Source of the DNA: Blasia pusilla
Taxonomy: Eukaryota
Reading direction: 5' to 3'
NCBI GenBank assembly: GCA_050084515.1
Contig: CM114271.1
Coordinates: 28,210,001 to 28,274,000 of the forward strand
Length of the DNA stretch: 64,000 nt
Below the pieces are notes generated by a model. That model searched no databases, had not been told where the DNA came from, and saw nothing but the letters and a program-made list of their open reading frames with translations. Position 1 is the stretch's first letter. Every line of letters starts with the position of its first letter. This document shows, piece by piece, positions 1 through 12,729 of this stretch. The position numbers were made by a program, and so were the translations under genes.

Positions 1-204
1 CGGGTAATTTCGAGTTACCAAGGACTCCGACGGGTTTCAAGTGATGCGCAACCCTCTGCTTCCCAAATCTGGTAACATATTGCAACACAATTGAATGTGT
101 TACAAAATTGGATCCATTGTGTCAGACAATCTCCCCCACCGAATTCATCTTGTCAGTAAAAATCTGTCAGGAGTATCTATTTCCTATTCACTATAAATTA
201 AATA

Positions 205-246
205 TTCTCATTCTCATTCTCATTCTCATTCTCATTCTCATTCTCC
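205..246. repeat. (ATTCTC)n hexamer microsatellite
   Basis: About 7 tandem ATTCTC units seen directly. Confidence 0.9.
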
Positions 247-435
247 TCCCGTAGGAATCTTCTTGGAATGGATAATTATGTTAAGCTCACTTGTGGCACT
301 CATCTGGCGGCCCTTCCTCAATCAGAAATCATCCGACCCCAAGCTCGTGAGTCTTTCGTAGCAGTGGATGAAAATTTTCTGTCTGTTTGATTTCTTCTTC
401 AAATTGGAACCATCTTTGTATCCAAAGATGTTAGG

Positions 436-3400
436 GTGGAAGGTACGGAAGACATAATAGGTAAGACGGTCCAGCCAGTGACCTTGGACCGTAAAGTATG
501 GAATCTCCTACCTATCGCAAATGGTCAATACAGAGTTTACGGCCTGCCCCTGAATTCATCTGTTTCCCAAGTAGACGGTCTAGAATTTCCTAGTGCTCCG
601 AGCTCTACGTTTGCAACTCCAAGCTCTGCAGATCCGGCTTCGACTCCAACTTTGCACACTCGTAACAATGTTGTTCTTCCTGAAGAGATTCCGGATGTTA
701 TCAACCTCAGCGGATTTGTCGGACACCAATCGGGCCCTATGTCCGCCTACTCGTTCCTCTTGTGATTATCAGGCAATAGTTTGCTCGTCTCTGCCCTTGA
801 AAATGTTCAAGCACATTCTTGTCGATTTAGCCGCCACCCCGCATTTACGATGGTAATTGCATTTTTGAGTTGCCTCCACTTGTCGCTGCTCCTGCTCAAA
901 AGAAGGATGGAGGCGCTGAAGGGTATGGGATGTAAAGTCTGATTGTCATCGATGGTGCAGGCTTCAACGGACAAAGTGCTTCCATCCCGATGGTCCTTGG
1001 ATTGTCTCCCGCCGCCAATGCGTGGGAGCCTTGGAGTGTAGAAGTCCAAAGCATGCCCGTATCTAGAGCGCAACGGGCGAGTCAATACGCCATAATTCCC
1101 CCAAGAATGCAGAAACTCCATACGAGGTGGGTGCCACAATACGCCGGGAGGCCATCGATGTCCTCATTGTCGCACGCCTTCGTTGGAGCGTGTCCCTGCA
1201 TACATATTTTTCATTGTCCATGACTTGGGCTCCACGCCGAGTATACAAGGTCGGGCGGTTCATGTTGGCTCCCACACTCATCCCGTGACCGATGCAATTC
1301 AAAGACACATCAAGGAGGATGTGGCGAAGAAAGTAGCCGAGGTCTTTGAAACTCTCCGGGTTCAAAGCCTGGGGTGATCAAGCTCACAACGGCATCACAA
1401 ATTTGTGAACAATTGCTTGGAATCCCTGGATAGGGCGAGATCACGCCGGTTGAGGAGAAACAACTCTAGGAAAATCTCGCATTTCTCGCTGATCCTGAAT
1501 GCTTCTGGAATTTGCTACGCCGATACTGAGTTCGATGGAAAGACGGCCGAAATGGATGCCATCGCGTAATCAAGGCCAACTCCAGATTTCCATTCATTCA
1601 GAGATGGCGTTCATGGGCCAAGGAGGCGAGGGATCCAGGGCCTATGTCTTCAAAATGTCAACCACAGGTTCCTCGAGTGGCCTTGATCTTATAGATCGAA
1701 TGAGGGAAGGGAAAGATCTTTACGGGAGCTGGGTCAGCTTTGATATTTGCTCAGAGTCTTTGAACGGATGGTTGACGATGGGTGCTCACGTTTATGACCA
1801 TGTGGAGAAGGGACTCAAAACTATATTTGTGTGTGAAGTAAAGCGTAAGATGTTGGCGGTTTGAAGATGTCTTTGGATACTCTTATTGGAGGTGGTGAAG
1901 GAAAACAAAAGGCCACCTCCGGAAATTTATGGGTTCATGGCGGATAATGCACAACCTGGGTGGATTGCTATCCGGGAAGTGTTGGGTGGAGAGGTTCAAC
2001 CGAGAGGAAAGGTCGGATGCTTTCCATTGGCAACGATCGTGACCAGTACACCAAATCTTGCATCAAGGAGAATAAGAGGACAGAGCATGTCACTCTACTC
2101 CAACGCTGCAAGGAAAGCAAAACCTTGAAGCAGGCCATGGACTGCCAGGAAGAACTTCATGGGTGGTGGAGGAAGCATGCGATTGAGGGGAAGTACAAAG
2201 AGTTGTGCTCTTGGTTGAGTTGGTGGATTGTACGTATGAGACAATGGGGAAACTTCATGCGGCAGGTGAGTTCACTATTTTGTCTTGTCAAGCTCACGCT
2301 GAGAATTGTTTGTAAAGTTGTAGCTTAGGGTGAGAAGCGTGGGAATTATATGGATTTCAAACCCAAGAAACCAAGAAAGCTGTCGGATGCGACGGGTTGC
2401 ACGAGTGTGCAACCCGACGGAAACGGACGGGTTGCCCGAGTGTGCAACTCGACGGAAACCGACGGGTTGCATCCAGATGTTTGGTATCGTCCCGAGTGTG
2501 CAACCATTCGGGACCCGACGGGTCACTGAGTCGTTCATGGGATGCCTCGGCCTTGCAACCCGTCAGGTTCCAACGGGTTGCAGTAGGTGGGTTTAAGGTT
2601 ACAACACGTCGGGACCCGACGGGTCGCAAAGTCGTTCATGGGATGCCTCGGGCCTGCAACCCGTCTGGTTCCGACAGGTCGCTTATTTCTTTGACTCCTG
2701 GGTTATTTTCGTTCGCTTCTAACATTGCCGTCTTTGCAGGGATTGAACGTTCATGAAAATGCCCTCTGCCCCAACACAAGTGGAGCAGAAAGTGTTCATT
2801 CCTCTTGGAGGTCGTCACAAGCATGCCAACGAATTTCACTTGTGGAGGCATGCCAACAAGACCAGGCAAGAGCAATGCTACGATCTGCAGACATCCCATA
2901 TCTTCCTCACAAAAGGCATAACAAAAGGAAAAGGGCCGTCGATCTACGAGCTCTATGTCGTATGGTAATTTGTGAGATCTGGTGATGAAAAATTGTATGT
3001 CAAAGCCTTCAACCGGTGCGTAGCTGGAACTCCACTCAAGCAAGACGTACACATAGGTGGGGATATTCGTGGGCGGGTTTCAAGACGTCCCATACAGATG
3101 GTGGTAGAGCAGTCGAACGAGACTCGTGGAGACCAGATAAGTATCTTGACTTGGCGGTGAAGAGGCAGAATCGAGGAACAAACCGGTGATTGATTTGGAT
3201 GAGGAAATTACACCGCCAGGTATTCGGGGACCCCGGACCCGCCCCAAATCCGTGATGGAGTTACTTCTCCAAAATCAGTGAATGTTTTATTTCAAAAGCC
3301 CTCCGTTCTTCGGAAGTTCGCAACATCCCCGCCACCCGGGTGGTTCAACAATATGGGATTCGGTAATGGAGGTGGATTGCAACCTAAAACGGTGGCATAT

Positions 3401-4235
3401 ATCTCGAGCAACCCGGACGTGGACCCACCTGCAGGCAAAGCATCCGATGGCATTAGGAGAGCATGCGGCACTTTCCTAAATAAGAATGCATAAGGATTGG
3501 GACGACCACTACCTGGGTTTTGGGGACTCAAAACCTTTGATCGTTCCACGAGGACCGGGATCAATTGAAGTACTTCTTCTGCCCAAATGAATCTTGCGCT
3601 TTCCGGAAGTCTTATCCGGCTGCCATTGGAGCTCCCGGGAATACCCCCACGATTTGGCCCATTGCCGCAGGCACGAACTGCACTCAAGAAGTGGAAAATC
3701 TTACAAGTGCCGGTTTCAGACTCAGAGACGGGGAAGTTCGGAGCATGTTCAGATTACAGAGACCTTCGTGATTTGTATTCAACCCAAGATTGATGTCAAC
3801 ATATACCCGGAGAAGGTGGATGATCTCAATCCATTATTTCTGTTTGAGTCTAGAAATGGGGTGAAGAGAAATAGAATGTGTAGGCCAACGGTGGAGAGAG
3901 CAAAACGAATTGCAGCAGCTCGGGAGGCAAAAATGGAGATCATCGCCACGAAAGATGTCCCGAGTGGCAATGGAATAGGAAGGATGTATTGGGTCAGAAC
4001 AACATCAGTAAATTCAAGTGTCACAGGGGTGTATGTGGTGCACATCTGTTGCTTTCCCACATGTTCATGTGATGACTTTGTCCAAAGAGAGACAAGTGGC
4101 AAAAGGTATTTCCCTTGTAAGCACATGTACTATGTGTTGCTGGTAGTTTTAAGAGAGTCGGAGGTAGGAGTAGGAATCCACCAACCAATTCTTTCCCTCA
4201 AAGAAGTTCGAAGTATTTTAAACAAACCACTTTGA
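436..4235 (+). pseudogene. Mutator-like (MULE) DDE transposase with C-terminal SWIM zinc finger; spliced and frameshifted
   Basis: Fragmented ORFs carry MULE-like motifs in order: WVSFD, FMADNAQPGWIAIREV, a frameshifted C-x-FHW at about 2018-2030, PNTSGAESVHSSW (T/N..ES.H), and SWIM CSCDDF...PCKH at about 4061-4125. GT-AG intron 2266-2739 joins WGNFMRQ in frame to GLNVHENALCPNT. Confidence 0.7.
2360..2704. mobile_element. Foldback/MITE-like insert inside the transposase intron
   Basis: Imperfect terminal inverted repeats AACCCAAGAAACCAAGAAA and TTTCTTTGACTCCTGGGTT. The interior is built from CCGACGGGTTGCA / TGCAACCCG motifs in both orientations. Similar motifs occur at 1-55. Confidence 0.55.
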
Positions 4236-4864
4236 GGATGCAAAATGAGGTTTTAGATTGTACTTTTATTTTTTTCTCAACCTTCACTGTGAGCTTGAAC
4301 TCTATTCAGCCCGGGGCAAATGATAGATTTTTTTCCAGACCTTGGATGGAAAAAGTGATTGGTTCCACACTTATGATTCCACTAATTTCTCAGTTTTGTA
4401 AATTTTGTGCAATTTGCAACTCGTCGGACTCAAAGGGGTTGCCAAAATATGGAAGAGGAAAAAAAAACTGTGGGATTGTTTAATAAATGAACAAAAAAGT
4501 GCAAAAAAATTCACACAAAAAGTTTCCTCTCTTCAACCCAACGGAAATTCTCTTCAAAAAAAAATATCTATTTCGGTTGAAGGTAGTTTCCTCTCTCCTC
4601 TCTCCTCTCTTCCTCTCTCCTCTCTCCTCTCTTCCTCTCTTCCTCTCCTCTTACCGCACCTCGATCGATTAGTGCCTAGTTGTAGATCACCGGATATATA
4701 GACACTAAGATCTTCTCTCAACGATGGATTTTAGGTAGCCGTAGGTAATCGTAGGCTACACCATTTATTTGTTTGTGGATGCATGAAAACTCCTACTCTA
4801 TTTTACACTTTTGATTCTTTTCTTTTCTTTAACAAAATTATTACCATTGACGGAAATCCACAAC

Positions 4865-5660
4865 TTATATGCGTTGGTGATGATCAAGCACCTCTCAAAG
4901 TAGATAGAGTTTTTTGCATGTTTCGATAAGCTTGATGAGTGAGGGATGGACCTAAAATTGCTATGGTTGGCAATGAGATATGAGTTTAGTAGGCAAATAT
5001 CCTTGGGATCCTTTTCACCTTAGTTTTGATCTATGAACGAGATCCGAATTTACCCCTGGCCAATTTTCTTGATTCTACTGAGGTGTTGAACCTCGATAGC
5101 TATGATGTGTGGGTCATCAAGGTTCCCAAAGGTCAAAGACATACCAAAGAATCATATTGATTGTGCTTGAGAATCTGACAATTATAGATTATCGAGACAC
5201 ACTGAGGTATGTAAACATTTAAGGAGGATATTATTAATAGAGGGTTTTGAGTTTCCATCTGTAGACTATCTCTACTTACAAAAAATGGTGCCGAAAATTT
5301 TGGATGTGATAGCAACTTAGCAAGGTACATTATTTTAAGGGTATGCGAAGTCTTACCCTAGGGATTCTCCTCTTGGAGATGTTTGGACAATATGGTTGAA
5401 TGTGTGGGTTTATTTTTTTTGTGTTTGATTAATGACAATAATATATGTTTGTTAGCAATGAATATCCACATAACACTTTGGGGGATATTGGAGGTCCAGC
5501 CAAGCAGGTCAAGGATAACCCTTTGAGCATTAGGGCAACCTACAAGTGCACGTTTCCTCTTGATTTGGGCCCATTTAGAATCTATTTGAGAAACCTACTA
5601 TTTACCGTAAGTTTCTTATTTAGATAGAAAGAAAGTTACCCTTGGCCCGCTATTGTCCAT
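4865..5660 (+). mobile_element. Highly decayed 3' remnant of the DNMT/PHD Gypsy family (integrase fragment, repeat A, start of repeat B)
   Basis: 4865-5130 resembles the integrase DNA at 18110-18570. 5374-5475 resembles repeat A (starts TGGAGAT). 5480-5660 resembles repeat B. Confidence 0.55.
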
Positions 5661-8258
5661 ATTCTCCCAAGCATTCCTACATTACAAATGCTTTACCTTT
5701 GGCCTCCATAGTGGTAAGGGGCATGACCTTCCATAATCTATATACTAGTAAGAATATTGAGTTTTTGAATGTTTTGACGTGAATGCATCCTTTTTGAGAT
5801 TAGTGACCAATTCTAGCATTACCAACATTGGCTTTGGGTTATTAAAGGGGACCTGCGTTGCAAAATGGTAAGCATTGCTCTATGATGTTTCTCTTAAGGG
5901 CACCTTATTAGTTCGTTTTATCCCGCGTCCAGTCATGATCATTTAACAGGCCCCTTGCTCCCCACTTCCCACAACACAAATCCAACTCTGGCATTTCGCC
6001 GTGAAAGCTGGGACACCCCTTGACCTATTGCAGATTGCATGGATGTGCCACGCCCTGGAGTAAGGCGGCAGGCGAAACAAATGCATGGCAGCCTTAGACC
6101 CTGCTTACTACATGCCGAGTCCAATCCCGATCAGGAGGGAAACACAATCGCCACCACGAGGACTGGAAGATAAGAAGATGACTGTTCGCCTTCTCTGTAG
6201 TCATTCCCACAACACTTAGGCCAGCAGCCTATTCACCAAAGATTAACGGAATTCCTCAGTAAACGGGAAGTATGCGGTTAGCAAGTTTAATTTGAAAGGC
6301 ACTGGCATGAAAGTCAACAAGTTGTTCTAAATTTGACACACGTTCTGGACCCCTACACTCGTTCTTCAACAGTGAGGTCATAGTCTCTGATTCTGTGGAA
6401 ACTATTTCTCTCAACTGACCCATCTCTTTCTCGGTGGTCAGATGCGTGAGAATTGACTGATCGAGGCACCCGTTGCGTGTTAGACACTCGGTGATCTGCC
6501 ATGGCTCATGAGAGCCTCCGGCTTAGTTACATGAAAGGCTCTTATTTCTCACTCTGTAGTCAACTCTAGATTCCTCACCTTCCAGCCATGTTCGCTAGAT
6601 TCGTTCAAAGGCAAGCCCTGTTCCATAACATAACGAGCAGAGGGATTCCCAAAACAAAAGAATGTCACCGTGCGAGTGGCAAGCGGTTGATTAACGACTT
6701 CAGAAGTTATTTATGCCTTCTCCAAACGAGTTTCAGATAATATGCTTTAACTTGAACCAGAGAGAAAATTTAAGCTTAACCTCTAACCTGGAAGACCCGT
6801 TGAGCGATGGCCTGCGGGCTCTATCGGCTACATAGGCGCTTCCAGCGCGGACAATAAAAATATATATGTGTAGAAAAAGGATGGGAAACCATCACGATAC
6901 AAAAGAGGGGGGCATGAGACCCACAAAAATAGACATCAAGAGGCCGGAACCGGCCCCGAGGAGAAAGAAAGGGGCCTCATCGCGGATAATCGGAAAAGGA
7001 ACTCACACTTAATCATGCCAGCAACTCCGAAATCGACTATCAATGGACTGTTCATATGCTGCACTTCTGATCATGCTGAGCAATAATGTATCGTTATTAT
7101 GATCGACTTATCATTGTTCTCACGTCTATCTACACTTGACGTCATACTGTGATGTATAATGATCGACATTTCTCATTCCGGTTTCGGAAATTCAGATCGA
7201 TCATTAATCCTTCCTCGCATTCAAGACCTCAATCACCAACTGCGGCAATATTATAATGCAAAAACGCCGGCTCCAGTTGTAGATCTTATCAATTATTACG
7301 GCGTCTGGCTTTCAAACACTCAGATGCCTTTCACGCTGTTCCTTATTACGCTGTTGTAATGAACAGCGTGAAAGGCATCTGAGCGAAATTCCGTAGAACT
7401 GCACAGCACCTCGAAAACGTCTCCAGCAGTACGCAGGTATTTGTTCAAAAAACCAGCGAAGGTCATCCCTTCCACATTCATGCTCTCAAACCATCCTCCT
7501 TGTAGCTGACTGTATCCACGTACACCTCGCACATAGCCGCTACGCCCGAGAAACACTACAGGGTTTCCAGGCACTCCCGAGCGTCTCCTATTCTCCTCAC
7601 GACCCCTACCACGCCTCACCGCCGCGCCAAAATTTAAAGCCACGGCCCACCGCGGCAGGCGGGGTCCCGACTCGCGTCTACCGGTTGCTGACCGCAGTAG
7701 CCAGACCTGGAAGTCACGGCCATCGGACCTGAGAAGGCTCGAATATTCCGTCGCACATGGTTTGTGAAAAATAGAGGTGATAGCAGCTGTTTATATTAGC
7801 GCGTATCGCTATGCTTACTCCCAGATTAGGAGGGGAGCGGATGGCGCCAGCGAAGACTTCCCGACACTTGTTTTTCCCCTCTCTCGCAAAGAAAAGAAAC
7901 AAGCGTCTTCCTCTGGTTAAAATAGCATTTCCTGTGCTTTCAACCAGTCGGACACGTTTCCTTGAGTCACTCGGGTCATTCCGGACGTCAATTAAGTTAG
8001 TTCGCTCGGGTTCAATTAAGTAAGGTCACTCCTAGTCGGTCTTGGGGGTCACACGTTTTAAGGTGACCATGGAGCCTTCAAGGCATCTTGCATTGGACAA
8101 AATTTATATTACTAATCAAAAGTGCATATGTTATGAAAGTTCAATTTTTTTAGCAAGTGAGGACAGTTATTGAGCAATCTCTTATTCCAAAATTAAGTTA
8201 CGGCTCCATGAATTAATCCGGGCATAACATAACACGGGCATTCCCCCAATAATAACTA

Positions 8259-8288
8259 CTAGTAAGAATGCCCGTGCGATGCACCAGC
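8259..8288 (-). mobile_element. Helitron 3' terminus
   Basis: Minus strand reads GTGCATCGCACGGGCATTCTTACTAG|T, a short hairpin followed by CTAG that matches the typical plant Helitron 3' end. Confidence 0.6.
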
Positions 8289-10089
8289 GCCAAATTTTAG
8301 CACTTAAAACCTTTTACATAAAGTCGATAACAACAAGGGTTTCACACCTTCAAGTTGGATTTAGTTCAACATTTAAACAGATTTCTTCCGCTGTGACTCG
8401 CACTGCTAAATGGTACAAATTACAACGACGTGTTCTACTCTAAGTCTGAGTCCCACAACCGCACGACACCAATTGTTTCTGCAACCTAACTTTAACAACT
8501 CGATGGACATGTACACATAACCCCATGGTAGAAAACGGAAATTTTGTCCCTTGATCAAGTCTGTTTCCATCTTCTCCTATCCAAATTTCCATAGACTCTC
8601 AGACTAGATTCACCCAAGTTTGAACGTCGCTCATTTGAGGTAACGATGACTTTAGGTCCCACGCCACCACAAGTATGCAATATTGGGCGGCCTTAAGAGT
8701 TCGTCGAGGACATACAACACGAACAAACATGTTTACCGTAAGATATAAAAATAAACAATTTAACCAATTTGATAGGAACAATAGCAAACCTCGTCTAGTA
8801 AATTTGTTCCCAGTAAGTCCACCTTCGCTTCGTTTGGTAGCAAAATCCGATGTACTTCGTCCGAGCTCTTTTCAGCTGCGCACCCCTAGCTCTGCCTTTG
8901 GTAACTCAAGAGGTACTCCAAAGCTTTGCCAAATACATGCTCCATATAACTTACAGATTCCTATCCATTTTATCAAAGATTGGCCTACCATATCTCTCTA
9001 AAGTAAGAAAAATGTGTGTGGATGGCGGAAGAGCTGCAATGTTACTTTTACAGGTGTCCCTGCATATTTACATTCCAATCTTGTTGAAACACCTGATGGT
9101 GCTATTTTAGAAAGGGGCTTCCTTTTCAAGGGAGGCTTCACTTCTTCAAGAGGGGAGCTACTAAACTAAGTAACTCCTCCCATCTCGAATTACAGTGTAG
9201 ATAACAACTATTTTATTGTCTAAACTAAGCCACGATCAGAAATTAAACTTGATCAATTATGATGAAAAAATTCTTGTTTTTCTTCTCATTAAGAATTTTT
9301 TTCTTTTTCTCTTGTAAATTAAAATTTTTGTTGTAATTAAAGAAGTTGTTCTTCAACAAGAATATACACTAGTGCACAACCGCGCTCTCCACAAGATCAT
9401 TGGATCAACCACCATACACATTCAAAATAATTTCTTGCTATTTTTAAAATATTTTTTTCCCATATTATTATCAAAAATATTTTTGTGTAATCCAAGTGCT
9501 ATGTCTCAATCAAATGGGTGTTTGAAAATGAAGAAGGCGTTTTCCCATAATAATATAAATCATGAATTTATTGTCATATTCGATCACAGTTATGGAAATG
9601 AAAATAAAATAATTCAATATTTTGGTTGGATATTTGGGAAAATGAAAATTTCACTTAATGATAATTTTAGCTGAAATTTCTTTCAACCAAAGAATATTTT
9701 TTGCAATGAATTTGTAAAATTTAATATGAAAAAATGGCATAAAAATAACAGAGATAGATTTGAGGTTAATAAAATTTCACTTCAATTCAAGAAATTCATA
9801 TTTTTTGTCTTATAAATTTTTGGAAAAAAAATCCTTTTTGAACCCCCATGTCTTAGTTAAGAAAATAAAATAGTATTCATTCTTTTAAAATTTTTATCTG
9901 TGTCACAATTATTCTCTTTTGGTTATTTCTCATTTTCTTGAATATATTAATTTATTCTCCCTTGAAACAAAAATTGGAGATTGAATATTTAAATTTTTGT
10001 GCAAATTTTTTTTAATGAACAAAAATGAGTAATGTGGAAAAATAATGAATAGGAGGAGAACTTAGGAACATTGCGTAAAGATCCTTATT

Positions 10090-10810
10090 CTAAATCTTCC
10101 GTAGAGCACCTTCAAGGAGATTGGAAGATTTTCTCAAGAGGTCAAGAACACGGTTGCACAAAAACGGACAAGTGCATCCCTAAGACGGATATGGACACAC
10201 AAGTTTTGACATGTCCACAGACATGGGTTGCAAAAGTTCGGGCCCACACTTATAATTCATGGTGGAAGGTAGGGCAAGGACGTTCGGGGCAATAAGGGGG
10301 AAGAGAGTGCAGGTGGGAGGAGGGAAAAACAAGAAACTACAGATCACCAAGGCAAGTCGCGGATAAGAAAGAAGGGGGAGATTGGGCCCACATTCACAAG
10401 TCCTTATAAAACATGAACGTAAGTCCAAGGATATGGAGATGTCCGCGAACACGCAAATTTTCCATATGCAACCTTGGTCGAGGATGATGTATTGAGGATT
10501 CGAGTAACTTGAGAGAGTAGGTTTTAGTAGGTTTTCCCTTCGTTTTGGCTCATTCGGAGCTATATAGAGAAAACTACTATTTCACGTAAGTTTCTATTAT
10601 GGTTAAACTTAACTTTCTACTTTGAGAATTCATCCTTGACCCCCTGTAAAAGATCAAGAGCCAAGGAGGTAACTTCCAAGCATATGTTACCATGGAGAGG
10701 GCTTGGGGGTTTACCAAAAGACAAAGAGCCTTGGAGCTCATTCTATCTTTTTTGAACTTCTTGGCATGAGGCAACGGAGCTATGGTCCTCCTTGCCTTGT
10801 GAGATTTCTC
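10090..10810 (+). repeat. Repeat B (5' LTR-like unit) of the DNMT/PHD Gypsy family, interrupted by a MITE
   Basis: Similar to 19391-19860, 42878-43150 and the reverse complements of 51746-52276 and 61549-62116 (for example TCAAGAGCCAAGGAGGT and GAGCTCATTCT). Confidence 0.75.
10149..10476 (+). mobile_element. hAT-type MITE, copy 1
   Basis: TIRs CACGGTTGCA...TGCAACCTTG (9/10 match). Flanked by a degenerate 8-bp TSD GTCAAGAA/GTCGAGGA. Removing it restores the GAGGTCGAGGATGA of repeat B. Confidence 0.75.
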
Positions 10811-10829
10811 GCAATGTCCCCCACAAAGT

Positions 10830-12520
10830 TGAGCGGATGGATAGAGTCTTTCCAAAAGAGAGCACAAGTCCAAGCTGGTTTTCGACCATATCTTGGCCCT
10901 ACGTGTTCTATGGGAGAAATCTAAGGGCAATGGGAAAGCTTGGTATTGTGGTTTCATCTATTTGAGGAAAAAATTTGATACATGCCCTCGTAAGCTCTTA
11001 TGGGATATGCTGCAAACCATTGGAGTTCCAATAAATCTCCTAGCTACCGTGGCCACATTGTACCAATCCGTTTGGGCGAAAATCAAAGATTCTCAAACTC
11101 AAGAGATCTTGAGTAGTATGGGAGTCATTCAAGGTTGCTCTCTCTCCCCTACTCTATTTGGAGTTTTCATAGATGACATTGAGAAGTGGTTGGAGGAATG
11201 TGAAAGTGAAGGTGTGAATCTTGGAGACTTTGTTACCAAAGCTTTATTATATGCACATGATATCATATTACTAGCACAGGATGCCATTAGTTTACAGAAA
11301 AACCTTGACACTTTGGAATTTTTTGGTACAAAGAATCAGATGGAATTTAACATGGAGAAGTCTAAAGTCATTATAATGGGCATTATATCTAAGTTTTCGT
11401 TCCTTTAGAAAGGTCTATAAATAGAATAAGTGAAGAGTTATAAGTATCTAGGCATTGCTTTCTCTCATGACTATAGTTGGGTTGTTTGCCTTCAAAAGAG
11501 AGTAGAAGCAGTTTACAAAGCTCTATATTCGCTTTTAAATTAGTGTAGAAAAGCTCATCTTTTATCTTTAAGTCTCAGGAAGTTCTTATTTAGGAACTCA
11601 GTTGTCCATGTGGTCTTATTTGGGATCCAAGTTTGGGGCCCTACTTGCAAGAAAAGAGGTTGCTAGCGCGTGGAAAGGATGCAAAAGATTTTCTTACAAG
11701 AAGAATTGGGTGTGAGAATCCAAACTTCTTCTGCTATTCTTCTGGCGGAAACATGTTGTCTTCCTCTTGAGGCGGAAGCTCTCTCCTCGACCATCACTTA
11801 TATCACAAGGGTGAGATCTCTTAATATTTCTCGCCTCCCTCATCAAGCTTTACGAGCCATATGCTCAATAGGATGGATTACAGATGTGGTGACTAAGTCT
11901 ACAAAGTGGAATATGGCTGAACAAGATTGGGACTTGAAACTGGTGGCACTCCGCGAGCATCTACAGAAGCAATTTCTCAAGACTCTTTGGAGCAATACAA
12001 CCAGCGCACAAAAATGGAGTATTATCAACTTCATATTAATCCTATGCTTGTATAATATGAAAAAGGATACCTACTTGCTGGGCATCTTCACAAATGTATG
12101 AAGGCTCTTGACTTGCAGGCCAGGGATCTCTTGTTCATATTATACAAGCATAAGATTAACACTCCACTTTCTTACGTCATATTATCGCACGTCATAAGAC
12201 TGGGTCTCATAGACTAGGAATTGAGGAAGGAAGATGGCTAAACATTGATACAAATGAACAAATTTGTAGGTTATGTGATGTAGGAGGTATTGAGGATGAA
12301 GAGCATGTGTTTGTTACGTGTCCTAGGTATGAAGAGATTAGATAAGCTCATAAAATAGATGTGGGGAATTTCTACTCTTTACTACAACTAGTACCTTATG
12401 ATTTAGGTTGTTATATCGGGGATGTCATTATTCATTGCGCAAGTGGTGCTTTAGGCATTGACTAGGATAAGACTTATAGGGTCTTTTCATGTCTCGGTTT
12501 ATTACTTATATTTTTTTTTA
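10830..12520 (+). pseudogene. 5'-truncated non-LTR retrotransposon (RTE/RTEX-like LINE): RT plus C-terminal zinc finger
   Basis: RT motifs FIYLRKKFD, GVIQGCSLSPTLF, LLYAHD (YADD) and YKYLG. C-terminal TGSHRLGIEEGRW and CRLCDVGGIEDEEHVFVTC. Multiple in-frame stops. Confidence 0.85.
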
Positions 12521-12729
12521 GCCATTGGGATAGTTGCATTTTCTTGTCGGAGTTCTTTGGAAAGTTGAGGAGCATCCACGACTTCCATACGCACGTGGAG
12601 GAAAGTTTGCGAGAGGCATTTACTCACCTACGTTGGCTGATGAGTGTATCTCAAGGGGTGACCAAGGCCCTAATCATCTAGGCATGGTTTTGGTTATTGG
12701 AAGAAGATGTGTGGAAATAGGTGAGGGTC

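Noticed and set aside
2382-2680. CRISPR-like repeat array
   Set aside because: Repeats are degenerate, occur in both orientations and lack unique regular spacers. The context is a eukaryotic intron with no cas genes.
6108-6502. Possible two-exon micro-gene on the minus strand (ATG 6502, GT-AG intron 6419-6195) with a hydrophobic tail
   Set aside because: Splicing gives only a 48-aa peptide ending VAIVFPS*. A full transmembrane tail needs a frameshift, and no homology was recognised.
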